From the human T2T-CHM13v2.0 reference genome, Homo sapiens: a DNA stretch of 64,000 nucleotides. How positions within the stretch are numbered: the first letter of the stretch is position 1; every line of letters starts with the position of its first letter. Under the pieces are notes generated by a model, which saw only the letters and a program-made list of their open reading frames with translations, did not search any database and had not been told where the DNA came from. Positions 1 through 12,399 of the stretch are shown piece by piece. The stretch lies in the NCBI RefSeq assembly GCF_009914755.1, contig NC_060947.1; one strand, written 5' to 3'. The position numbers and the translations under genes were made by a program.

Positions 1-18
1 CCAGTGTCAAGTTGTGCT

Positions 19-26
19 TGTTTACA
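19..26 (+). promoter_or_regulatory. miR-30-5p family 8-mer seed match
   Basis: TGTTTACA in the AR 3'UTR; motif match only. Confidence 0.35.
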
Positions 27-109
27 GCACTACTCTGTGCCAGCCACACAAACGTTTACTTATCTTATGCCACGGGAAGTTTAGAGAGCTAAGATTATCT
101 GGGGAAATC

Positions 110-169
110 AAAACAAAAACAAGCAAACAAAAAAAAAAGCAAAAACAAAACAAAAAATAAGCCAAAAAA
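110..169 (+). repeat. A-rich low-complexity tract
   Basis: aaaacaaaaacaagcaaacaaaaaaaaaagcaaaaacaaaacaaaaaataagccaaaaaa. Confidence 0.9.
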
Positions 170-193
170 CCTTGCTAGTGTTTTTTCCTCAAA

Positions 194-216
194 AATAAAT
201 AAATAAATAAATAAAT
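194..216 (+). repeat. (TAAA)n microsatellite containing five overlapping AATAAA
   Basis: Read directly; AATAAA starts at 194, 198, 202, 206 and 210. Confidence 0.9.
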
Positions 217-3200
217 ACGTACATACATACACACATACATACAAACATATAGAAATCCCCAAAGAGGCCAATAGTGACGAGAAGGTGAAAATTGCAGGCC
301 CATGGGGAGTTACTGATTTTTTCATCTCCTCCCTCCACGGGAGACTTTATTTTCTGCCAATGGCTATTGCCATTAGAGGGCAGAGTGACCCCAGAGCTGA
401 GTTGGGCAGGGGGGTGGACAGAGAGGAGAGGACAAGGAGGGCAATGGAGCATCAGTACCTGCCCACAGCCTTGGTCCCTGGGGGCTAGACTGCTCAACTG
501 TGGAGCAATTCATTATACTGAAAATGTGCTTGTTGTTGAAAATTTGTCTGCATGTTAATGCCTCACCCCCAAACCCTTTTCTCTCTCACTCTCTGCCTCC
601 AACTTCAGATTGACTTTCAATAGTTTTTCTAAGACCTTTGAACTGAATGTTCTCTTCAGCCAAAACTTGGCGACTTCCACAGAAAAGTCTGACCACTGAG
701 AAGAAGGAGAGCAGAGATTTAACCCTTTGTAAGGCCCCATTTGGATCCAGGTCTGCTTTCTCATGTGTGAGTCAGGGAGGAGCTGGAGCCAGAGGAGAAG
801 AAAATGATAGCTTGGCTGTTCTCCTGCTTAGGACACTGACTGAATAGTTAAACTCTCACTGCCACTACCTTTTCCCCACCTTTAAAAGACCTGAATGAAG
901 TTTTCTGCCAAACTCCGTGAAGCCACAAGCACCTTATGTCCTCCCTTCAGTGTTTTGTGGGCCTGAATTTCATCACACTGCATTTCAGCCATGGTCATCA
1001 AGCCTGTTTGCTTCTTTTGGGCATGTTCACAGATTCTCTGTTAAGAGCCCCCACCACCAAGAAGGTTAGCAGGCCAACAGCTCTGACATCTATCTGTAGA
1101 TGCCAGTAGTCACAAAGATTTCTTACCAACTCTCAGATCGCTGGAGCCCTTAGACAAACTGGAAAGAAGGCATCAAAGGGATCAGGCAAGCTGGGCGTCT
1201 TGCCCTTGTCCCCCAGAGATGATACCCTCCCAGCAAGTGGAGAAGTTCTCACTTCCTTCTTTAGAGCAGCTAAAGGGGCTACCCAGATCAGGGTTGAAGA
1301 GAAAACTCAATTACCAGGGTGGGAAGAATGAAGGCACTAGAACCAGAAACCCTGCAAATGCTCTTCTTGTCACCCAGCATATCCACCTGCAGAAGTCATG
1401 AGAAGAGAGAAGGAACAAAGAGGAGACTCTGACTACTGAATTAAAATCTTCAGCGGCAAAGCCTAAAGCCAGATGGACACCATCTGGTGAGTTTACTCAT
1501 CATCCTCCTCTGCTGCTGATTCTGGGCTCTGACATTGCCCATACTCACTCAGATTCCCCACCTTTGTTGCTGCCTCTTAGTCAGAGGGAGGCCAAACCAT
1601 TGAGACTTTCTACAGAACCATGGCTTCTTTCGGAAAGGTCTGGTTGGTGTGGCTCCAATACTTTGCCACCCATGAACTCAGGGTGTGCCCTGGGACACTG
1701 GTTTTATATAGTCTTTTGGCACACCTGTGTTCTGTTGACTTCGTTCTCCAAGCCCAAGTGCAAGGGAAAATGTCCACCTACTTTCTCATCTTGGCCTCTG
1801 CCTCCTTACTTAGCTCTTAATCTCATCTGTTGAACTCAAGAAATCAAGGGCCAGTCATCAAGCTGCCCATTTTAATTGATTCACTCTGTTTGTTGAGAGG
1901 ATAGTTTCTGAGTGACATGATATGATCCACAAGGGTTTCCTTCCCTGATTTCTGCATTGATATTAATAGCCAAACGAACTTCAAAACAGCTTTAAATAAC
2001 AAGGGAGAGGGGAACCTAAGATGAGTAATATGCCAATCCAAGACTGCTGGAGAAAACTAAAGCTGACAGGTTCCCTTTTTGGGGTGGGATAGACATGTTC
2101 TGGTTTTCTTTATTATTACACAATCTGGCTCATGTACAGGATCACTTTTAGCTGTTTTAAACAGAAAAAAATATCCACCACTCTTTTCAGTTACACTAGG
2201 TTACATTTTAATAGGTCCTTTACATCTGTTTTGGAATGATTTTCATCTTTTGTGATACACAGATTGAATTATATCATTTTCATATCTCTCCTTGTAAATA
2301 CTAGAAGCTCTCCTTTACATTTCTCTATCAAATTTTTCATCTTTATGGGTTTCCCAATTGTGACTCTTGTCTTCATGAATATATGTTTTTCATTTGCAAA
2401 AGCCAAAAATCAGTGAAACAGCAGTGTAATTAAAAGCAACAACTGGATTACTCCAAATTTCCAAATGACAAAACTAGGGAAAAATAGCCTACACAAGCCT
2501 TTAGGCCTACTCTTTCTGTGCTTGGGTTTGAGTGAACAAAGGAGATTTTAGCTTGGCTCTGTTCTCCCATGGATGAAAGGAGGAGGATTTTTTTTTTCTT
2601 TTGGCCATTGATGTTCTAGCCAATGTAATTGACAGAAGTCTCATTTTGCATGCGCTCTGCTCTACAAACAGAGTTGGTATGGTTGGTATACTGTACTCAC
2701 CTGTGAGGGACTGGCCACTCAGACCCACTTAGCTGGTGAGCTAGAAGATGAGGATCACTCACTGGAAAAGTCACAAGGACCATCTCCAAACAAGTTGGCA
2801 GTGCTCGATGTGGACGAAGAGTGAGGAAGAGAAAAAGAAGGAGCACCAGGGAGAAGGCCCCGTCTGTGCTGGGCAGCAGACAGCTGCCAGGATCACGAAC
2901 TCTGTAGTCAAAGAAAAGAGTCGTGTGGCAGTTTCAGCTCTCGTTCATTGGGCAGCTCGCCTAGGCCCAGCCTCTGAGCTGACATGGGAGTTGTTGGATT
3001 CTTTGTTTCATAGCTTTTTCTATGCCATAGGCAATATTGTTGTTCTTGGAAAGTTTATTATTTTTTTAACTCCCTTACTCTGAGAAAGGGATATTTTGAA
3101 GGACTGTCATATATCTTTGAAAAAAGAAAATCTGTAATACATATATTTTTATGTATGTTCACTGGCACTAAAAAATATAGAGAGCTTCATTCTGTCCTTT

Positions 3201-4423
3201 GGGTAGTTGCTGAGGTAATTGTCCAGGTTGAAAAATAATGTGCTGATGCTAGAGTCCCTCTCTGTCCATACTCTACTTCTAAATACATATAGGCATACAT
3301 AGCAAGTTTTATTTGACTTGTACTTTAAGAGAAAATATGTCCACCATCCACATGATGCACAAATGAGCTAACATTGAGCTTCAAGTAGCTTCTAAGTGTT
3401 TGTTTCATTAGGCACAGCACAGATGTGGCCTTTCCCCCCTTCTCTCCCTTGATATCTGGCAGGGCATAAAGGCCCAGGCCACTTCCTCTGCCCCTTCCCA
3501 GCCCTGCACCAAAGCTGCATTTCAGGAGACTCTCTCCAGACAGCCCAGTAACTACCCGAGCATGGCCCCTGCATAGCCCTGGAAAAATAAGAGGCTGACT
3601 GTCTACGAATTATCTTGTGCCAGTTGCCCAGGTGAGAGGGCACTGGGCCAAGGGAGTGGTTTTCATGTTTGACCCACTACAAGGGGTCATGGGAATCAGG
3701 AATGCCAAAGCACCAGATCAAATCCAAAACTTAAAGTCAAAATAAGCCATTCAGCATGTTCAGTTTCTTGGAAAAGGAAGTTTCTACCCCTGATGCCTTT
3801 GTAGGCAGATCTGTTCTCACCATTAATCTTTTTGAAAATCTTTTAAAGCAGTTTTTAAAAAGAGAGATGAAAGCATCACATTATATAACCAAAGATTACA
3901 TTGTACCTGCTAAGATACCAAAATTCATAAGGGCAGGGGGGGAGCAAGCATTAGTGCCTCTTTGATAAGCTGTCCAAAGACAGACTAAAGGACTCTGCTG
4001 GTGACTGACTTATAAGAGCTTTGTGGGTTTTTTTTTTCCCTAATAATATACATGTTTAGAAGAATTGAAAATAATTTCGGGAAAATGGGATTATGGGTCC
4101 TTCACTAAGTGATTTTATAAGCAGAACTGGCTTTCCTTTTCTCTAGTAGTTGCTGAGCAAATTGTTGAAGCTCCATCATTGCATGGTTGGAAATGGAGCT
4201 GTTCTTAGCCACTGTGTTTGCTAGTGCCCATGTTAGCTTATCTGAAGATGTGAAACCCTTGCTGATAAGGGAGCATTTAAAGTACTAGATTTTGCACTAG
4301 AGGGACAGCAGGCAGAAATCCTTATTTCTGCCCACTTTGGATGGCACAAAAAGTTATCTGCAGTTGAAGGCAGAAAGTTGAAATACATTGTAAATGAATA
4401 TTTGTATCCATGTTTCAAAATTG

Positions 4424-4426
<3 letters not shown>

Positions 4427-4481
<55 letters not shown>

Positions 4482-4492
4482 TGTGTGTGTGT
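4427..4492. repeat. (TA)26(GT)7 compound microsatellite in the 3'UTR
   Basis: Read directly. Confidence 0.95.
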
Positions 4493-6230
4493 TCTGATAG
4501 CTTTAACTTTCTCTGCATCTTTATATTTGGTTCCAGATCACACCTGATGCCATGTACTTGTGAGAGAGGATGCAGTTTTGTTTTGGAAGCTCTCTCAGAA
4601 CAAACAAGACACCTGGATTGATCAGTTAACTAAAAGTTTTCTCCCCTATTGGGTTTGACCCACAGGTCCTGTGAAGGAGCAGAGGGATAAAAAGAGTAGA
4701 GGACATGATACATTGTACTTTACTAGTTCAAGACAGATGAATGTGGAAAGCATAAAAACTCAATGGAACTGACTGAGATTTACCACAGGGAAGGCCCAAA
4801 CTTGGGGCCAAAAGCCTACCCAAGTGATTGACCAGTGGCCCCCTAATGGGACCTGAGCTGTTGGAAGAAGAGAACTGTTCCTTGGTCTTCACCATCCTTG
4901 TGAGAGAAGGGCAGTTTCCTGCATTGGAACCTGGAGCAAGCGCTCTATCTTTCACACAAATTCCCTCACCTGAGATTGAGGTGCTCTTGTTACTGGGTGT
5001 CTGTGTGCTGTAATTCTGGTTTTGGATATGTTCTGTAAAGATTTTGACAAATGAAAATGTGTTTTTCTCTGTTAAAACTTGTCAGAGTACTAGAAGTTGT
5101 ATCTCTGTAGGTGCAGGTCCATTTCTGCCCACAGGTAGGGTGTTTTTCTTTGATTAAGAGATTGACACTTCTGTTGCCTAGGACCTCCCAACTCAACCAT
5201 TTCTAGGTGAAGGCAGAAAAATCCACATTAGTTACTCCTCTTCAGACATTTCAGCTGAGATAACAAATCTTTTGGAATTTTTTCACCCATAGAAAGAGTG
5301 GTAGATATTTGAATTTAGCAGGTGGAGTTTCATAGTAAAAACAGCTTTTGACTCAGCTTTGATTTATCCTCATTTGATTTGGCCAGAAAGTAGGTAATAT
5401 GCATTGATTGGCTTCTGATTCCAATTCAGTATAGCAAGGTGCTAGGTTTTTTCCTTTCCCCACCTGTCTCTTAGCCTGGGGAATTAAATGAGAAGCCTTA
5501 GAATGGGTGGCCCTTGTGACCTGAAACACTTCCCACATAAGCTACTTAACAAGATTGTCATGGAGCTGCAGATTCCATTGCCCACCAAAGACTAGAACAC
5601 ACACATATCCATACACCAAAGGAAAGACAATTCTGAAATGCTGTTTCTCTGGTGGTTCCCTCTCTGGCTGCTGCCTCACAGTATGGGAACCTGTACTCTG
5701 CAGAGGTGACAGGCCAGATTTGCATTATCTCACAACCTTAGCTCTTGGTGCTAACTGTCCTACAGTGAAGTGCCTGGGGGGTTGTCCTATCCCATAAGCC
5801 ACTTGGATGCTGACAGCAGCCACCATCAGAATGACCCACGCAAAAAAAAGAAAAAAAAAATTAAAAAGTCCCCTCACAACCCAGTGACACCTTTCTGCTT
5901 TCCTCTAGACTGGAACATTGATTAGGGAGTGCCTCAGACATGACATTCTTGTGCTGTCCTTGGAATTAATCTGGCAGCAGGAGGGAGCAGACTATGTAAA
6001 CAGAGATAAAAATTAATTTTCAATATTGAAGGAAAAAAGAAATAAGAGAGAGAGAAAGAAAGCATCACACAAAGATTTTCTTAAAAGAAACAATTTTGCT
6101 TGAAATCTCTTTAGATGGGGCTTATTTCTCACGGTGGCACTTGGCCTCCACTGGGCAGCAGGACCAGCTCCAAGCGCTAGTGTTCTGTTCTCTTTTTGTA
6201 ATCTTGGAATCTTTTGTTGCTCTAAATACA

Positions 6231-6236
6231 ATTAAA
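6231..6236 (+). terminator. AR: AR poly(A) signal 1 (ATTAAA)
   Basis: ATTAAA followed by GU-rich ttgtttgttgg...tgtgtg; consistent with the known dual ATTAAA/CATAAA AR signals. Confidence 0.75.
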
Positions 6237-6457
6237 AATGGCAGAAACTTGTTTGTTGGACTACATGTGTGACTTTGGGTCTGTCTCTGCCTCTGCTTTC
6301 AGAAATGTCATCCATTGTGTAAAATATTGGCTTACTGGTCTGCCAGCTAAAACTTGGCCACATCCCCTGTTATGGCTGCAGGATCGAGTTATTGTTAACA
6401 AAGAGACCCAAGAAAAGCTGCTAATGTCCTCTTATCATTGTTGTTAATTTGTTAAAA

Positions 6458-6463
6458 CATAAA
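6458..6463 (+). terminator. AR: AR distal poly(A) signal (CATAAA), cleavage at ~6479
   Basis: CATAAA, a CA dinucleotide 15 nt downstream, then U-rich elements at 6497-6533. Confidence 0.75.
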
Positions 6464-8974
6464 GAAATCTAAAATTTCAGATGAATGTCATCAGAGTTCT
6501 TTTAATTAGCTCTTTTTATTGGCTGTTTTTATTGAAGTCAAGAGTTGGTATCATGCCCGGTTGCGTTTTATGCTATTTTGATTTTCATATATTTTTAAAA
6601 GTCTTTGCACAAGGGTTACAAATTTGCCCTGTGGTGGCCTTAGCATAAGCTGACCTGGGACCACCAAAATAACAAGGAATTTGGGCTAGAAAGCACAGAT
6701 GGACACTGGTGACCCATCACAACTTCTCTTGAAAAACCCCAAACTTGTCAGCTGGGGAAAAGCCACACAAAGCCCAGCTGCCCACCTTCACATCCTTATC
6801 CTTGTAGGAGCATAAAATGGTGTCATCACTGCCCAGTTCTAACCAAGCTTCAGTTAAAGAATGGGTACCTTCACATCTTCACTATTTTTCAGGGGCCTTA
6901 CCGTCCTTGACCACCCAAGTAAAATCTAAATCAGCCTTCTTTTGGGTTCTTCAGTTCAAGCAAGGCCTCTTCTTGTGGCCTCTCAGTATTAATATTTATG
7001 AGGTTGCAGATTGAATTTTTGGGCCTGAGATACAAGCCATCAATGAGGTGTGACAAAGCATGTCAATGAATAATAAGAAAATTATCTATTCTTCCATATC
7101 CTCCCCTGTAATAAGGGTTGTCAGAATGCCTTCTTTCTGGGCTGGGTTGAGGATTCAGTGAGAACATATGTGACACAGCTGGTGGGCTATTAAGCTCTGG
7201 CTTTGCTCCCTGTTAAAATGCCAGAACCCTTGAGAGGGATCCCACATTGAGCCATGTTTATCACTGACCACCTTAGAATGGATGGATTTCTCAGATTTTT
7301 CCTGAGATCAATGCTTGATGGAGAGGAGAGGAGAACAATAGATTCTTGGGATGTGTGTTATGCATGTGTTTAAGTAAGAGACAGAGAGTATGTTTATTTG
7401 CAGGTTGTGTGTGTAAAGTCAGAGCCTGCCTCCAGAGGATCTTCTCTAACCACCATTGCTTAGGTCCTGTTCGTTTGCATCTACAGCGAATGACCTTACA
7501 GCCATCTGACTTGGCTTCACTCACCACTCAGCTCCTGCCTAAACAGACGAGGTGGTTAGCATCCACCATAAGTTTTCCAAGGAGTAGCAAAGCACAAAGG
7601 ACACCTATTGGGTTGAAAAGAGCCTAGAGGCATGAGTCCTGTGTGTGACTTGTTCATAGTCATGCAGCTAGTGTATAGCTAGGATTCTCCCCTGCTGATT
7701 TACTATGTGACACTAGGCAGCAATCTGCCCTTGCTGGACCTCGGTTTTCTAATCTGTAAAATGTGTGGAGTAAAACTACATGAGATGGGAAGTCCCTTCT
7801 AGTGCAGATGCCATGGTTATTGAAAACTGCAGCAACATCTTTCTTAATCGTAAGGGGAAAGAAAAAGACCATTTACTACTCCTAGAACAGTTTTGGAGCT
7901 AGAATATTCACATTTGCACTCAATAATTATTTACAAAACAACTAGTGTGGAGAGGGTCAAAACAACAGCTGAGTCCTGTGTAATAGATATTGTCAACCCC
8001 TTGATGGATGAGGAAGGGGCTCAAAGGGAAATAGTTTCCTATTGAGATTATCTCATAAATGGCAGAGATAAGTAGGAGTTAAGCCCCAGTCCATGCACTG
8101 TCTGTGCCTTCAGTGAGTTTACATTCTATTAAATGCCTTTGCCAGACCACTCTGGAACACCCAACCCCAGTCCTCCCACATCACTCTCTCCAAAGAGATT
8201 GGGCTAACCTCTAATTTAGAATTCCTGCCGGTAGAACTAGAAAGGATCTTAGACCTCATCTAGCCCTAACTTCTTATTCTTCACATGAGGGAGCTGTGCA
8301 AAAAATTTGAATGTTATTGTGAACTAGGGCCTGTGTCAAGGGACCAGCCCTACAACACCCAGCTCGTGGTCCCTTCATGTGCCTGCAGGCAGCATACCAA
8401 AGTAATAGGGCACCTGAGACTTTCTACCATCCCTTTGCATATGGGTTCAGAGCCCTAGTGAGAGAGCTTCCACCTCTTGTCTGGCTCCTACATATACAGA
8501 CCCAGGATCTCTACACCAACTACAGCATCTACTTCACCTACCACCCACTCCTAGGGGTTTTCTTCATGCCACTCTAGGGGAGGGTGAAAGAAGGAGAAAA
8601 CTGTTGGGGGAGCTGGAATAGGGACTGCAGAGGCAATGAGAACAATTTAACAGACACGAGGTATGAGAACTTTCTGAATTAACAGGCAGATGCAGATGGT
8701 TCAAATCCTCATATTATCCCACCACCAATTCTTTTTCAAGCCACAACTTCCCTGCTTCCCTTAGCTTCTTCCCCACAGGCTTCAAGCAAGGAGAAGGTCA
8801 TTAGGGGAACCTCGTATGGCTGTCAACCACAAGGCTTCATGCCAAACAAGGTGGTTTACTCCAAACTCTATGCAAATAGCCCTCCCCACACCCCCATTAG
8901 AGTACTTTGGATCTCAGACCAGAAAACAGCCCAGCAGAGCAAGCAGATGCTGTGTGAGGCACAACACTCACTAC

Positions 8975-9093
8975 CTGAGCAGCAACACTTGTTTCCAAAG
9001 GAAGCAGGCCTTTTTGATGTGTGTGCACAGTGCCACGGGTGGCTAATGTCTGTGTTGGACTATATTGTGGGACAATTCCACTGCCTCAAAAGA
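8975..9093 (-). pseudogene. Fossil exon, phase 1->0, (V)F*GSGIVPQYSPTQTLATRGTVHTHQKGLLPLETSVAAQ
   Basis: Acceptor attcttgcag; donor CAG|gtagtg, or GTA|gtgagt 3 nt further on. Confidence 0.45.
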
Positions 9094-11294
9094 CTGCAAG
9101 AATCCCTCACAGGGACATAGTATTCAGTGTTCTCCTCATTTATTTGTTCTTTCCTTTATTCAACAGCTATTTATTTGACACAGACTATTGTAATATAATG
9201 TAATGGATGTTATGTTGAGGGAAGTTGGGGATTTTGCTGGGGTACAGAGGAAGGAGGCCTAGCCCAGTCTAGTAGAAAGGTCAAGGAAGGGTTCTTAGAG
9301 AAGTCTAGGCTGTGAAACAAGTTGCATGAAGATGGGGCTGGGTGTGGAGAAAGGGGCATTCTAACTCAGGCAAGAGACAGTAGCCTAGTAAGGGAAACTG
9401 TGATCAGTTTAGCCTGAGGGAAGGGTTTGAAGAAGAGTATGGTTTTGAGAGATGAAGATAAAGAAGGAAGCACAAGCAAAGCCAGCAATGGCCTATATGT
9501 CACACTAAAGAGTGACATATAGGCCTTTATCCCAAAGATGAAGGGGAGCCATAGAAGCCTTTGCCACCATTTCAATTCCTAAAGCACTGTCAGACACATA
9601 ATCTCATCTAAACCTCATAACATCATGAAGAGGCAGGGGGGTCAGGGATCAGGCCCATTTTGCAGAAAGGAAAACTGGTCCATCAAGATGAAGTGATTTG
9701 TCCAATGGCTGCTCCCAAATAACTGATAGCCCTAAGTCTAAAGTGGAAGCCCCAATTCTCCTGATTTTCAGTCTCAGTCTATTCACATTACACCAATCTA
9801 TCAAAGGACCTGGCAATGCAATTCTTGGAATGTGTTTACATGACTCTAGTGAGAACAGGCATTGCCTACTATCCCATGTGCAACTGGCATGGCTTTCCTG
9901 AGGTGACATTCAATGGCACAGGGTTCCCAAAATGGCAGACAGGTGACCCCAGAGAAAAGCAGTAGCATCATCTTAAGGGGTAGTGCAGTCTGTGGAAAGC
10001 CAGCCAAATTGCTGCTAAATGGGTATTGGGCCTCATTCATTCATCCAAACAGGAAGTAAGAAAAAAAATGATGAAAGACGAGACAACTTTTCACCTTCCT
10101 AGAGGAAGTAACATTTGCCCCCAGCCTTGAACAATGAGATGAAATTTCATAACAGGAAAAGGTAGCTGGGCAGGCAACCAAAGAAGGAACAGATGGACAA
10201 ATTCACAAGAAGCAGAAAAGAGTATGCCTTCTGTTTGGGAACTAGTGGGGAGTAAGAGTTGGAGATGAGTCTGGTCTACGACCCATTGTGAAAGGCCTCA
10301 AGTCCCCTGTTAAGAGGTAGGTTTTCTTCTGTAGGCTAGTTATTCTCAGTTGCCACATGTGAAAGATAATGGCCACTTGTGGCATACTCTCAAGGGAGCC
10401 ACTAGGGCTGTATTCAACTCCTGAAACACTTAGTTCCTTTTTCTCACACTTAAGAAAGCAGATATGAGTGCAAGCAAGACTGACAGTATTGAAAGGAAAA
10501 ATCTGAAACTCTTACAGTATGTTTAAATTATCCTCCAACTTCAATGTTTAAAATATTATCAACAAATTATTTGCCACACCTCACATCTGATTACAGAACA
10601 CTAGTTGAGATAACTAAGGATTTTTGAGCAAAACTGTAACATAATGAGTTTCAGTAGATGGAAACTATGCTAAAATTTATTGTGTGAGAATATGATAGAA
10701 GATGAATAGAGACTGATTCCAAAGCAAATTAACAACAACAACAATAATAAAATTTACTGAGTACTTACTATGTGCCAGAAAATGCTAATGCAAAGTTCTT
10801 TACACCATATATGTTCTATAATCCTCACATCAATCCTATGAGTTGAGAAGTTACCTTCATTATATAAATAAGGAAACTGAGGCTCTGACTCAACATTATT
10901 GCTGATCCAGACCGAAGGTTACTTTTAAGTAATAAAGCCTAAACTTAAACAAGTATATTTGTAACCAAATCTTGAAATTTTGATCATTACATTACATTTT
11001 ATTTCTTGAAAGTCTGGTTTATTTTCTCAAAATCTTTCCAAAGAGCCCAAAGAACTCAAAAGCAGGCAGCATTATAAACAGGAATAAAGAAGCTATGTCA
11101 ATGGAATTGTCTTTATAACCACCCACTCTGAGAATGACAGTTATGCCTGGTCTATAAGAGCTCAGGATTTCCACAGAGCAGCTGCCTCTTCCCCAAACTT
11201 CAAGTGGGTTTTATTGGGAGAATGAATGCCCTACCATCTCCCAAGTGTCTTACTGAGGCTTTTGCTCCCCCTTCCTGTCTCTGGTTACAGGTAC

Positions 11295-11345
11295 CTGTGG
11301 TGCAGGAGTTCACTGGGCATCCAAAGAACCTATGAGCATATTTGT
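11295..11345 (-). pseudogene. Fossil exon 51 bp, phase 1->1, (N)KYAHRFFGCPVNSCTT
   Basis: Acceptor ctctctgcctgcctttatag; donor CAG|gtacct; open frame. Confidence 0.55.
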
Positions 11346-11660
11346 CTATAAAGGCAGGCAGAGAGTAAGAACATTGAACCAGGAATCAGTATTTCAGCTG
11401 CTGCCACTAACCAGCTTAACTTAAGTAGGTCCTTTCCCCTTTCTGGGCCTCAGTCTCCCCATCTGTAGAGCAAGAGATAAAGGACTCATTTTTTTCTTCC
11501 AGCTATAATATGCTTTCTTAGACTCTGAAATTGTTGGCTAAAACGAGAATTTTGTCAATCTGGGAATCTCTCACTTTGTCTCACCCCAATGCCTATAATC
11601 TTATCCCCACATTTTAGAATTCTTTATCCCAGAAAAGACCAATGACAGTGTTTTCCATAC

Positions 11661-11773
11661 TTGCAAATATCCAGCCATCAGCCTTCTGACTACACACCCA
11701 ATAACGTATTGTTTGTTGTTCCACAGCAGTCTCCACCTTATAGTACACCATTCTGCCTGCTATTCAGACACAC
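11661..11773 (-). pseudogene. Fossil exon 113 bp, phase 2->1, CV*IAGRMVYYKVETAVEQQTIRYWVCSQKADGWIFA
   Basis: Weak acceptor ttgacag; donor CAA|gtatgg; single TGA; phase matches both neighbours. Confidence 0.55.
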
Positions 11774-11940
11774 CTGTCAATCTTAGTGGGAATATGTTTC
11801 TACAAATGCCCCTTTGGCTGTTCTGTATACATATTTTGATATGGGCCAAAGACTCTGCCAGACATATCTCCCATTCAGAATAAATGTGGGCAACTGTGAC
11901 TGCTTGAGGAGTTTCTGAGGTGAAGGTGATACGTTCTTAC

Positions 11941-12008
11941 TGGAACCAGAATATAGGCAATGCCCTTGGATAAGCATTAGTGGGCAAGAGACCAGACCAG
12001 AGGCTTCC
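11941..12008 (-). pseudogene. Fossil exon 68 bp, phase 0->2, GSLWSGLLPTNAYPRALPIFWF(Q)
   Basis: Acceptor ttgtcctatttccaaag; donor CCA|gtaaga; open frame. Confidence 0.55.
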
Positions 12009-12399
12009 CTTTGGAAATAGGACAATACATCTTATCAGCCCTTTTTTCACGTGGTTCTCTCCATATGAAATGCCCTCCCCCATTTCTGCCTGACAAAATT
12101 TTTCCTCCCCATTAAGGCTCAGATTAAAAACTAGCTCGAAGATGTTTTCTCTGATTTCTCCAATGGGAAATGAGCTCTCTATCCTTCGAACTTGGAATCT
12201 CCATTCTCTTAGCCCAAACCACTAGTTTGGCTTGCAGTTAGTATAATAGCAACCCACTGCTATATAAATAATGCTTTATACCTTATAGCACTATGTCGTT
12301 GAAGACACACTGGAATCCTAAAGGAAAGCAGAGCAGAAATTAATGTCTCATCTAAATATGTGACAGAAAAGAAGCATTGTTATTTTAGAAGTTGGCTAG

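Larger units (their letters stand above)
1..6479 (+). other. AR: Androgen receptor terminal exon, distal 3'UTR (CDS lies upstream of the window)
   Basis: Recognised as AR mRNA 3'UTR (starts ccagtgtcaagttgtgcttgtttacagc, ends cataaagaaatctaaaatttca). Repeat-poor, no long ORF, ATTAAA and CATAAA signals at the end as described for AR. Confidence 0.93.

Noticed and set aside
1-6479. Short ORFs in the AR 3'UTR, and possible base differences from the reference mRNA as I remember it
   Set aside because: The ORFs have no coding hallmarks, and remembered differences cannot be verified without an alignment.
7525-7538. 14-bp minus-strand micro-exon candidate (tttag|...GTG|gtgagt); similar weak candidates near 20420, 34170 and 35210
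   Set aside because: Cannot be chained confidently; this many isolated splice-like motifs are expected by chance.
11661-12008. Superficial resemblance of the fossil peptide to KHDC/OOEP KH, ZAR1 zinc-finger, SPOC or CW domains
   Set aside because: Only 2-4 residue coincidences; the diagnostic motifs and Cys spacing are absent, so no family is assigned.
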